Both the position numbers and the translations under genes were made by a program. DNA of 56,298 nucleotides, from the NCBI GenBank assembly GCA_003644385.1, contig QNCD01000002.1, positions 1 through 56,298 on the forward strand, written 5' to 3'. Shown in pieces: positions 1 through 7,900 of the stretch (positions are counted from its first letter, which is position 1; every line of letters begins with the position of its first letter). The notes under the pieces were generated by a model. That model searched no databases and had not been told where the DNA came from. It saw only the letters and a list, made by a program, of their open reading frames with translations. The DNA comes from Candidatus Omnitrophota bacterium. Its GTDB lineage: Bacteria; Omnitrophota; Gorgyraeia; Gygaellales; Profunditerraquicolaceae.

Positions 1-37
1 ATAATATATATTATTATTATTAAGAAAAAAGAAATAA

Positions 38-796
38 TCAAAGAAAATCATCCTTCACAGCCTTCAAATGAACATCTATATACTGTTTGAATGGTTCTCC
101 CCAAATTTTCATGTGAACTTTCACAAAGTTACATTTCAAGTCTGGATTGTTATAATACTTGTTTACATAGTCATTTGAATAGTATTTCCAGCTATCTTCA
201 CAGAAAAACCTTTTGTGGGTGGGGTCATTCACAGCTGACATAGTAGGGAAACGTGGCACTGTAATCTTCATTAAACAATTTGGTTTCAAAACTCTCCAGC
301 ATTCGTTCATCAAATGATAAATATTTTCAATATGCTCTAATAAATGCTCTGCCAGAATTTCATCTATAGAATTGTCTGGAAAAGGCAAGTCTTCATATTC
401 TAAGTTCAAGACCAAGTCTACACCTTCAATAACTTGTTTGTCTATATTAATGTAATCCTTTAAAATCTTTCTACCACAGCCTAAATTCAATTTCTGTTTA
501 AAACTTAAAAGCTGAATTGCCTTGTGTTTAATTGATAATTGCTTTTCATTTCTTCGTTCTGCTAAAATTCTCATCATCTGCGCATAATTTGACAAATCAT
601 CAAGATTATCAAATAGATCTTCACTTATTATATCTGCATTAATTATATTCTTTATTCTAACGAACTTTCTATTCAAATCTTGAAAAGCTTCTTTCAAAGT
701 CATATTAAAAAAGAAATCTCCATATTGTTTATTCTTCTTAGCAAATATATCTAAACAATGTTCAAACCTTTTCCTCATCTCTTCCTTCATATTCAC
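38..796 (-). CDS. DUF1599-like domain fused to class I SAM-dependent methyltransferase
   Basis: N-terminal half has KNKQYGD ... RKFVRIKN ... DDLSNYA, a pattern typical of DUF1599. C-terminal half has motif I LNLGCG, PFPDNSID, EHLLEH and WRVLKP of Methyltransf_11-type enzymes. Confidence 0.7.
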   Translation of the reverse strand: MNMKEEMRKRFEHCLDIFAKKNKQYGDFFFNMTLKEAFQDLNRKFVRIKNIINADIISEDLFDNLDDLSNYAQMMRILAERRNEKQLSIKHKAIQLLSFKQKLNLGCGRKILKDYINIDKQVIEGVDLVLNLEYEDLPFPDNSIDEILAEHLLEHIENIYHLMNECWRVLKPNCLMKITVPRFPTMSAVNDPTHKRFFCEDSWKYYSNDYVNKYYNNPDLKCNFVKVHMKIWGEPFKQYIDVHLKAVKDDFL

Positions 797-1629
797 AATA
801 ACTTCTCCTTTAATTTAATAGCTTCTCTCCAGACATCATGAACCATCATTCTTGGCTGCCAGCAAGCGTATCTGCCAAGACAATAAATATTGCTCTGCTC
901 TAAACTTTTTATGATATTAGCTGAATTCATAGAAGGAAGGATTTTCCCTGGATATAAAATCTTATCAAACTCAAATTTGTCAAAAGAAACACTGGCCTCT
1001 GAAAATTCTTGAACCATATAGTCTTGATAAAAAGTTACTCGATAGTATGGAATATCAGGATCAGGGAAATAAAAAGTCTGGATCAAATTTTCAAATATTG
1101 AATATACTGGTGTAAATTTCAGTCCAATTTTGTAATATTCAAAATCTGGCTGATAGTCTATTTCATGAGGAGAGCTATAAACAAGCTTACATATGTTGAT
1201 TAAATCTATAGTGAATATCACTATTTCATGAATATAAGAGTCCTTTATGCCAATTAAACATTTGCGGTCAGAATAATTAACAAAATCAATAATTCGATCT
1301 TTAACATCAGGATTAGGTAATCTGTTCCAATTTAAAATCCATCCTTCATTTGTATAATTGCCAATAGAACTATCTAAGCCACAGGCAACTCTGCTTCTTG
1401 TTTTAATTAAATAATTGTGTTTCTGATTTTTTTTGTCTATAGCTATTACTCTTGAACTCACTAATATTTCTCTGTCTGTTAGTTTTGAGTCAAGAAATCT
1501 GTGGATATAGAAAAATGGCATTTTATTCGATTTGCTAATCTCTCCATACAATGTAGCTTTATCACCAAATATATATTTAGCAATTCTTCCAGAAAGACCT
1601 GCACCAATTATGGCAACCTTATTCTTCAT
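793..1629 (-). CDS. FAD/NAD(P)-binding Rossmann-fold oxidoreductase-like protein (UDP-galactopyranose mutase / amine oxidase-like, short)
   Basis: N-terminal GxGxxG dinucleotide-binding motif VAIIGAGLSG. C-terminal CLGRYACW resembles the conserved GR-aromatic tail of GLF/amine-oxidase flavoenzymes. 4-nt overlaps with both neighbours. Confidence 0.5.
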   Translation of the reverse strand: MKNKVAIIGAGLSGRIAKYIFGDKATLYGEISKSNKMPFFYIHRFLDSKLTDREILVSSRVIAIDKKNQKHNYLIKTRSRVACGLDSSIGNYTNEGWILNWNRLPNPDVKDRIIDFVNYSDRKCLIGIKDSYIHEIVIFTIDLINICKLVYSSPHEIDYQPDFEYYKIGLKFTPVYSIFENLIQTFYFPDPDIPYYRVTFYQDYMVQEFSEASVSFDKFEFDKILYPGKILPSMNSANIIKSLEQSNIYCLGRYACWQPRMMVHDVWREAIKLKEKLL

Positions 1630-2549
1630 TTTAGCCTCCCAATTATGTCATCAAAATTTTTAACTCTTATAACTTTATTATTAGTTTTGCCTTTATTGTA
1701 AGACTTATCAAGTAAAAACACTTTAATTCCCAGCATAGCAATCTTATTCGCATTATCAAGATTGTCTTCAACAGCAAATGCCAAATTTGGGAAAGAGCGA
1801 TATACTGCTTCCTCTTTTTTTTCAGACCAAACAATACCATCAAACATCATATCATTCTCTCTCAACCATTCCAAAGTATCACCATAAATCCTTTTGTATT
1901 TTTTATATTCACGAGCCGTCATCAATGTTATTCCAAACCCCATCTGTTTCAAGCTTTTCAGAAATTCTCTCGATCCATCAATGGGCAAGCCTTTCTTTAA
2001 ATAGCCAGATTGTCGATATTCGTCTTTCAATCTTGATAAAACTGGGATTGAAAATTCTTTAGATAGCTCCACATATAAATCATAATTCTTTATTTCTCTT
2101 TCTATTTTGATACCTGTTTTGTCTTGTATAAATTTGAAAAATTCCTTAGGATAATCATACAAAACTCCATCAATATCAACAGCAACTATCTTATCAAACC
2201 TATTAAGCATTTGCTCTTGAGTCCATCTCTGTTCAACGACAGCAGACTTCCTCCAATATTCTTCCCATAATTGCTTAGCATCAAATTGCCAAATTAATCC
2301 GATGCTGAGCCAATATTTGAATATATCAATCCATTCTTCCAGGAGATTGCTTGGAATAATTCTAATATCTTCTTTTCTGTGTACTTTCCAAGCAATCTCC
2401 CTCAATAGCTCATTACACTCGCTAATCAAACACAATATCAGCTCTTTAGTCCAATACTGTTTTTCAGATTGTGATAAGTCTTTAAGTCTTTTACCAATTA
2501 CTTTTTCATTGAATTCTTTTTGATTTTTCCACAGCTCATTTATTTGCAT
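1626..2549 (-). CDS. all-alpha NTP pyrophosphohydrolase (dimeric dUTPase/MazG-like) fused to HAD 5'(3')-deoxyribonucleotidase-like domain
   Basis: N-terminal ISECNELLREIAWKVHRK and EEWIDIFKYW resemble dUTPase_2/MazG-type metal-binding helices. C-terminal VAVDIDGVLYDY carries the HAD DxDxV phosphatase motif I, followed by LMTAR and VEDN motifs. Confidence 0.6.
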   Translation of the reverse strand: MQINELWKNQKEFNEKVIGKRLKDLSQSEKQYWTKELILCLISECNELLREIAWKVHRKEDIRIIPSNLLEEWIDIFKYWLSIGLIWQFDAKQLWEEYWRKSAVVEQRWTQEQMLNRFDKIVAVDIDGVLYDYPKEFFKFIQDKTGIKIEREIKNYDLYVELSKEFSIPVLSRLKDEYRQSGYLKKGLPIDGSREFLKSLKQMGFGITLMTAREYKKYKRIYGDTLEWLRENDMMFDGIVWSEKKEEAVYRSFPNLAFAVEDNLDNANKIAMLGIKVFLLDKSYNKGKTNNKVIRVKNFDDIIGRLK

Positions 2550-3285
2550 ATTTACTCACCAATCGAATGATGAGTTCCTTATCTTTTTTATATTTTTCAA
2601 TTCTAAAATTCATCAGCTTTTTGTCTTTACCTGCCATCATTATCAATCTGTCCAATCTTGCTTTTGGGGAAGAGAGGACATTATGCTCTTGAAACTTTTC
2701 CATGACTCTCTCTAACAGATCCTCATAAGTCCCACCCAATAATAATTCTTCAAATACATAATATGCACCAGAGCCTTCCTCATATGGATTTTTGATATTG
2801 GCTGGTCTCTGTTTCAATACTGTTTCTATTTTTGCTTCTTTTTCTTTGATCTTCTCTCTGACTTCTTTCTGTTTCTTTTTACTTTTTTCAATCTCCTTTT
2901 CTACCAATTTATCTTTTACTTTACTTGCCTTTTCTAAAACTTTCTCAGCCTGCTCTTCTTTCTGTTTTTCTCTCATTCTCTGCTCTGTTAGCCTTTTGCA
3001 TTCTTTTGCATCTACACACTGGCGACATTCTTCAGCTTCATCTGAATAATACTTACCAAAACAATCCTCCTCCTCTTCCTCATAATCCTCATTTTTAACT
3101 TCGTTTTCTGCCATATAATCCCTCCTTCTTAATCTCAAAAATTTTTTCAATTCTTCTGATATATTATCCTCACCGATTAATTCAGCAATATCTAAAATTT
3201 TTAATTCCAATGAGTCAAGATTCTTCTCTGCTCTAATACCCAGTTCATCAGCAAATTTCATCAATAAACTTTTTTCAGTGTCCAT
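2536..3285 (-). CDS. hypothetical protein, highly charged coiled-coil with small Cys cluster
   Basis: Co-directional 249-aa ORF with an E/K-rich central region and CFGKYY..ECRQCVDAKEC. No enzyme motif recognised. Confidence 0.5.
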   Translation of the reverse strand: MDTEKSLLMKFADELGIRAEKNLDSLELKILDIAELIGEDNISEELKKFLRLRRRDYMAENEVKNEDYEEEEEDCFGKYYSDEAEECRQCVDAKECKRLTEQRMREKQKEEQAEKVLEKASKVKDKLVEKEIEKSKKKQKEVREKIKEKEAKIETVLKQRPANIKNPYEEGSGAYYVFEELLLGGTYEDLLERVMEKFQEHNVLSSPKARLDRLIMMAGKDKKLMNFRIEKYKKDKELIIRLVSKYANK

Positions 3286-3363
3286 AATTCACCAAGCAAG
3301 ATACAATCAAATACATACAAAACAGCACCAGCCAAGTTAAGGTGATAGTGCTTAATTTCATCT

Positions 3364-3392
3364 CTTATAATAATAAACGCCAACTCTGCCAA
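3364..3392 (-). promoter_or_regulatory. candidate sigma70-type promoter upstream of 2536..3285
   Basis: The minus strand reads TTGGCA - 17 nt - TATAAG in a 108-nt intergenic gap. The spacer contains the 12-mer TTGGCGTTTATT, which recurs at 12139..12150. Confidence 0.3.
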
Positions 3393-3393
3393 A

Positions 3394-3978
3394 TCATGTC
3401 AGCTGAAATTCCTGGCGACAGATAGCCCGAATTTCTTTCATAGCCATCTGTAAAGCTCTGGTATCAATACCCAAATATGCCATAACCGCATTATAAAATA
3501 CACCAGCAGGTCTCTTAACTATTCTACGACTTCTATATTGCTTCAAAACATTCTCAATAATTTGGTCATTCGGATCCAAAATCAAATCAAACACTTTTTC
3601 AGCTAACTCCGATAGCATTTCCTTAATACGCTTAATGTGCTCTTGATAGTATAATTGATTGTATATGCCTGATGTGTAATCAGCAATTTCATCTGGCAGC
3701 TCAATAACTTCTGCCAAATATCTTTTAGCTCTCAGATATCTCCTGACAAAACTAATATATCGTCTCCTCAACCCTACTGCAAATACTTTATCAAAATCCT
3801 TATTGATTTTTCCCATTTTTTTAGCCAGCTGTATCAGATATAAATACCCTTCAGCTTCCAATTCATCTCTCTGCATCAGAATCTCATTTGGTAGTTTCTG
3901 GCTGTAGATTTGGCTGTAATACTTAATTAAATTTTTTTTGTCTTCTATCAATTGATTTAAATTCTGATTTAATTTCAT
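3394..3978 (-). CDS. putative phage sigma factor (sigma-70 family-like)
   Basis: Region-2-like segment DELEAEGYLYLIQLAKK...FAVGLRRRYISFVRRY and a C-terminal HTH-like segment NAVMAYLGIDTRALQMAMKEIR. GAGGAG lies 7 nt upstream of the ATG. Weak similarity only. Confidence 0.4.
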   Translation of the reverse strand: MKLNQNLNQLIEDKKNLIKYYSQIYSQKLPNEILMQRDELEAEGYLYLIQLAKKMGKINKDFDKVFAVGLRRRYISFVRRYLRAKRYLAEVIELPDEIADYTSGIYNQLYYQEHIKRIKEMLSELAEKVFDLILDPNDQIIENVLKQYRSRRIVKRPAGVFYNAVMAYLGIDTRALQMAMKEIRAICRQEFQLT

Positions 3979-4162
3979 TGATTTTCTCCTCAGAGCTAAA
4001 TAACCCTTTTATATAAGATTCCACAATCTTATATTTCCACTTAGGCTTTACCATCTTTAAAGCAGTAACAAAGCCAATAATAAACCCAAAAGCCTCATCA
4101 TCAGCTTTATCTACCAAACAGCCCAGTTTCTCCACTCTTTTCAGAATATCTTCTTTCTTCAT
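3923..4162 (-). CDS. hypothetical protein
   Basis: Co-directional 79-aa ORF. Its 3' end overlaps the next gene by 56 nt. Confidence 0.4.
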   Translation of the reverse strand: MKKEDILKRVEKLGCLVDKADDEAFGFIIGFVTALKMVKPKWKYKIVESYIKGLFSSEEKINEIKSEFKSIDRRQKKFN

Positions 4163-4377
4163 TATGCTAAAATAAAAGCAATTCTCATCAGCACTGGACT
4201 ATTCGCAATCAGCTTTTTAGCTACAGAACGATTAGCATTTACTTCAGCAGCTAACCAATCAATAAATGCGTCTAAAGTTGGTTCGGACAACTTTAAAGAA
4301 CTTGCCACCACCTGTTTAGGTTTGTCACTTACTAAACTTATCGCTACTAATTTATTCAAGTTTTTTTGATTAAACAT
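4162..4377 (-). CDS. hypothetical protein
   Basis: Co-directional 71-aa ORF whose start and stop are coupled to its neighbours. Confidence 0.4.
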   Translation of the reverse strand: MFNQKNLNKLVAISLVSDKPKQVVASSLKLSEPTLDAFIDWLAAEVNANRSVAKKLIANSPVLMRIAFILA

Positions 4378-4574
4378 TTCTTACTCCCTTTTAGTTTGCT
4401 CATATATTCCGTGACTTTTTCATTTATATCATCAGATGAGCATACTTCCATATTGACACCATTAAACCTAAACTTTACAATACAGCTATAAATTCTTGCA
4501 GCTGTTCGTGCTACTTGAATTGCTTCTTCAATAGCTGTGCCTGCAATGAACCTAAACTTTATCTCTTCTAACAT
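4356..4574 (-). CDS. hypothetical protein
   Basis: Co-directional 72-aa ORF overlapping the next gene by 22 nt. Confidence 0.4.
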   Translation of the reverse strand: MLEEIKFRFIAGTAIEEAIQVARTAARIYSCIVKFRFNGVNMEVCSSDDINEKVTEYMSKLKGSKKCLIKKT

Positions 4575-4630
4575 TTTAATATCTCCTTTTCAAAATACCA
4601 AAAAGGGAGAGCAAATAATGCTCTCCCTTT

Positions 4631-5578
4631 TTAAATTATCAATTTCCCTGCGACTTTCTCCAGATATTGCTGTTTATAAAAATCTTCTTCTTCTTGAGCT
4701 GCCCTTGTTAACGCTTGAATAACACCGAACTTATTCCTTTCAGGTTCTTCACCAAAACACTTCAATATTCTTACTTTCTGTTCTTCAGTTAATCGATATT
4801 CCTTACCAATTCTATTGATTTCAGCTTCAACATCTACCTCAATATCTCTAAGTCCTTCAACTTTCTTGACAATTGACTCACAGCTATTTACAGCTCTATC
4901 AAATACTGTTTCAATCTCCTGCCAGAGCGATTCATTATCAGCTTTGCCATAATGAACCCTTCTGTAAAGACCTTGAATCTCTTCTCCTGAATAAATAAGA
5001 CCATTATTACAGACCAATCTCAGCATTCTGGGATGAATTTTAAGTGCACCATGTCCAGTTTCTGAATTCATTATTTGAACTCCTGGCACCCAATCATTAT
5101 CAATCATGTCATCCATAAATAGCAAGTTAATAGTCAAGTATCTGTCATCCAGATGAGCAAAACATTCAGCTTTAGCAAATTTTTCCATTGTTCGCTTGCC
5201 AATCAATTTCACAAGATCCAAATGATTCACGATTCTATACCCTTCAGTTAAAACTGCCCTAACTTCGTCCATTTCATATCTTATCAAGAATCGTTTATTA
5301 GCAAACTTTTTCAGCCATTTATTAACATTCTCAATTGCCAGATCTGGTAATTCAGTTTTCATTTTCTCAAAATATCTAATCGGTATCCCCAGCCTATATG
5401 CAAGACCTTTCTCTGCATCTTCTCTCAATACATGAACCTTTATTCTACCATTAGATACTTCCAGAGTTCCAATATCAGGATAGCGGAGCTGAGCTGCTGA
5501 TTTAACTTCGTCTTTCTGGAGAGCTTTCAAACTTTCTAAGGTGTCCCACAGATCTCCAATTTTATTAAATCTTGCCAT
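4631..5578 (-). CDS. DUF932-like phage/plasmid protein
   Basis: The core MNSETGHGALKIHPRMLRLVCNNGLI matches the DUF932 signature (nS.dGs.a ... rlvC.NG). Size of 315 aa is typical of the family. Confidence 0.65.
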   Translation of the reverse strand: MARFNKIGDLWDTLESLKALQKDEVKSAAQLRYPDIGTLEVSNGRIKVHVLREDAEKGLAYRLGIPIRYFEKMKTELPDLAIENVNKWLKKFANKRFLIRYEMDEVRAVLTEGYRIVNHLDLVKLIGKRTMEKFAKAECFAHLDDRYLTINLLFMDDMIDNDWVPGVQIMNSETGHGALKIHPRMLRLVCNNGLIYSGEEIQGLYRRVHYGKADNESLWQEIETVFDRAVNSCESIVKKVEGLRDIEVDVEAEINRIGKEYRLTEEQKVRILKCFGEEPERNKFGVIQALTRAAQEEEDFYKQQYLEKVAGKLII

Positions 5579-5579
5579 T

Positions 5580-5849
5580 TTAATACCTCCTTGTATTATA
5601 ATTTTTGGTTCTGATTTTTACAAGAACTAATTTTTCATCTTTTCTAATTTCCTTTATTTTCCAGATTTTTCCATCATCTAATAGAACCCATCTTCCTTCT
5701 TTTATTTCTCCTGCTATCACTTCCCTTATCTCAACTTCTTTCTCTACTAATTCGATCTTAGAATTTTCCCCACTGCAGTAAGGACATCTGCTCTTCTCAG
5801 AAGCACTATAAGATATTTTACCGCATTTTTTGCACTTTAATTCTTTCAT
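5580..5849 (-). CDS. zinc-ribbon protein
   Basis: CKKCG-x14-CPYCSG forms two CxxC knuckles at the N terminus. Confidence 0.5.
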   Translation of the reverse strand: MKELKCKKCGKISYSASEKSRCPYCSGENSKIELVEKEVEIREVIAGEIKEGRWVLLDDGKIWKIKEIRKDEKLVLVKIRTKNYNTRRY

Positions 5850-5863
5850 CTTTTCTCCTTTTT

Positions 5864-6091
5864 TCAGCCTATATCTGAGTTCGCCTGCAAGAAGGAGTCT
5901 CCTTCCCGAATGACCTTCCCATTCCTTACATCAATCTTCACTATCCTTTGTCCAACGTCTCTCTCGTTGAGTATCCAAGAAATATAGTCAACCGCATCAA
6001 GAAAGTCTTCGCATACCTCCCAAATTCCTTCACACCCTTCTTCTCTTACTATATATTTTTTACCCTTGTTTTCTATCACAATTCCGGGCAT
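5864..6091 (-). CDS. hypothetical protein
   Basis: 75-aa ORF preceded by AAGGAGG on the minus strand. Confidence 0.45.
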   Translation of the reverse strand: MPGIVIENKGKKYIVREEGCEGIWEVCEDFLDAVDYISWILNERDVGQRIVKIDVRNGKVIREGDSFLQANSDIG

Positions 6092-6116
6092 CGCTTACAC
6101 CTCCTTTCATGTCTTT

Positions 6117-6377
6117 TCAATCAAATTCCTTTGTATCCAACCCACTCTCTATTCTTTGCAAAGCACGCCAGACAACCCTTTCCACCCAAGTATCATCGTA
6201 TCGGTGTCTCTGTGCTACCTCATCGATGACATCCCATCCAGTATCATTGCTACACAGAGCATACATTCCTTTTGTGGCACCTTTTTCCTTCACAAATGTG
6301 ATAAATTCTTCCCAATTCTTCCCAGCACACTCCACCGCTTCCCTGAGGAGTTTTATCTCTTCTCTAATGTGATTCAT
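6117..6377 (-). CDS. hypothetical protein
   Basis: 86-aa ORF preceded by AAGGAGG on the minus strand. Confidence 0.45.
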   Translation of the reverse strand: MNHIREEIKLLREAVECAGKNWEEFITFVKEKGATKGMYALCSNDTGWDVIDEVAQRHRYDDTWVERVVWRALQRIESGLDTKEFD

Positions 6378-6402
6378 TTTTTATCCTCCTTTTCATTTTT
6401 CT

Positions 6403-6594
6403 TCATTTTTTCTCCAACTTCAAACCAAAATAATATTCACCAGTTCTTGCCACAATTAACTCATAGCCAATAGTACCAACCAACCTATCAAAGGTTTCAA
6501 GTAAACCATCAGTGTCATTAACTTCAGCTAACAAATATTCCTCAAATTTGTCCTGAAAACCCTTGCTGGCAGGATTTAAGCTGACTTCTTTCAT
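6403..6594 (-). CDS. hypothetical protein
   Basis: 63-aa ORF that starts immediately after the stop of the upstream gene. Confidence 0.4.
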   Translation of the reverse strand: MKEVSLNPASKGFQDKFEEYLLAEVNDTDGLLETFDRLVGTIGYELIVARTGEYYFGLKLEKK

Positions 6595-7116
6595 TTATTT
6601 CTTCCTTATAACTTTATTATCGAAAGTTATCACTACCTTTGGCTTTCTCTTTCTCGTGCCTCTGACACAGTAATACTTTTCACAAATGTCACAGAATAGA
6701 TTTCTTCTCTTTCTTGTGTGGGCAATATAATAGAATATCCTGCCCTTTTCAAAACAATATGGACAGAAATAGTACCATCTCTCTCGTGATATGTAGCGAT
6801 TGTCTTTCAGCCCCACTCTCTTCGCAATTTCCCGAAAATGCTTGCAATGATGAATCCTGCATTGAGCATGCTGAGGTATTTTTTCTACAGCAAAGTGAAT
6901 TAATTCATGTAGGATAGTGTTTCTGATTTCGCTTCGGGAAGCTTTATTAACATAGTCCCTGCTTAACTCTATTTTCTTGTTATCCCAAAGGAATGCCCGC
7001 CCATTGTAGCTCTTCAATCGGCCATTGAGAACAATTGGAACAAATTCCAGCTGAGGAAAATGTTTATCAATTAATCGCCTTTCGATTTTCTCAAGTTCCT
7101 TCAGACTATATTGCAT
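6595..7116 (-). CDS. SprT-like zinc metallopeptidase domain protein with C-terminal zinc ribbon
   Basis: The HExxH motif sits in NTILHELIHFAV, preceded by NGRLKSYNGRAF as in SprT-like domains. C-terminal CPYC ... CDIC pairs are present. Confidence 0.65.
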   Translation of the reverse strand: MQYSLKELEKIERRLIDKHFPQLEFVPIVLNGRLKSYNGRAFLWDNKKIELSRDYVNKASRSEIRNTILHELIHFAVEKIPQHAQCRIHHCKHFREIAKRVGLKDNRYISRERWYYFCPYCFEKGRIFYYIAHTRKRRNLFCDICEKYYCVRGTRKRKPKVVITFDNKVIRKK

Positions 7117-7642
7117 TCTTTCTCTCCAATTCTTTCAACTTTTTTTCAATGCAATTCACATGTTTATAAGTGCCACAGCTGGAATAATACATATATTTTT
7201 GTCCCTTTACAATTAATTCTCCGCACAAAGTGCAAACCCTGGATAGAGTCTTAGTGGCAATTTTGGGTTTAACTTTGTGCAACCAATCTCCAAATTCATC
7301 ATCGATGTTAGGTAAGCTTTTTTCACCAATCTCTTCAACTATCTCTGCTTTCATTATCCAGCCTAAACATCTGCCTTCCTTAACTTGTTGTATAGTATAC
7401 TTCATGTCTTCCTTTAGCTCTTCGATTGTTTCATAACCTTCACATCTTCCCAGTTGTCTTGGTCCATATGTGGGTCCAGCTTCCCAAAAGTAATACCGCA
7501 GTGTAGGCTTTTCTAAATGTTGTTTCAAAAATTCTTTCCTTTCCTTTGCTGAACCTGTTTCAAGTAATTCTGTCCATTTTTCCCAATTGAATTCTTTTCC
7601 TTTTCCTTTTCCTTTTCTTTCTTCTTTTTTAACTTCTCTCAT
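7106..7642 (-). CDS. hypothetical protein with C-terminal Cys/His cluster
   Basis: 178-aa ORF preceded by AAAGGAGG. C-terminal CTLCG ... SSCGTYKHVNC. Confidence 0.5.
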   Translation of the reverse strand: MREVKKEERKGKGKGKEFNWEKWTELLETGSAKERKEFLKQHLEKPTLRYYFWEAGPTYGPRQLGRCEGYETIEELKEDMKYTIQQVKEGRCLGWIMKAEIVEEIGEKSLPNIDDEFGDWLHKVKPKIATKTLSRVCTLCGELIVKGQKYMYYSSCGTYKHVNCIEKKLKELERKNAI

Positions 7643-7673
7643 TTTTACCTCCTTTCATTTTATTCCACTATAT

Positions 7674-7701
7674 ATTATAATGGATTTTTCAAAAAAGTAA
7701 A
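7674..7701 (-). promoter_or_regulatory. weak candidate promoter in the 258-nt primase-downstream gap
   Basis: The minus strand reads TTTACT - 16 nt - TATAAT about 30 nt upstream of the RBS of 7106..7642. The -35 element is poor. Confidence 0.25.
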
Positions 7702-7900
7702 GCCCCTAAAAATCCAGTAATTAACACAATCTTCACAATCACAGATTTTTGTCAATCCATTTTGCTGTTATAATCAGCATTACAGAAGTCAGAACTTATT
7801 GTAAATGAATTTTAAACTGCTTTCAACGAGAATTTTATTTACGATTTAAAATGGGAGAGTCTTTATTAAACAGTATTTTTAGCAACAAACGTAAACAAAA

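Noticed and set aside
1-37. Window ends as phage termini or att sites
   Set aside because: The first ~40 nt and the last ~200 nt share no direct or inverted repeat that I could find, and no integrase is present. There is no basis for calling termini or prophage borders.
5948-6473. Three overlapping plus-strand ORFs (5948..6229, 6066..6473, 6109..6372), the longest 135 aa
   Set aside because: Their Ser/Phe/Ile-rich low-complexity products are typical of antisense to Lys/Glu-rich AT-rich genes. The opposing minus-strand ORFs (5864..6091, 6117..6377, 6403..6594) each have AAGGAGG-type RBSs and fit the operon.
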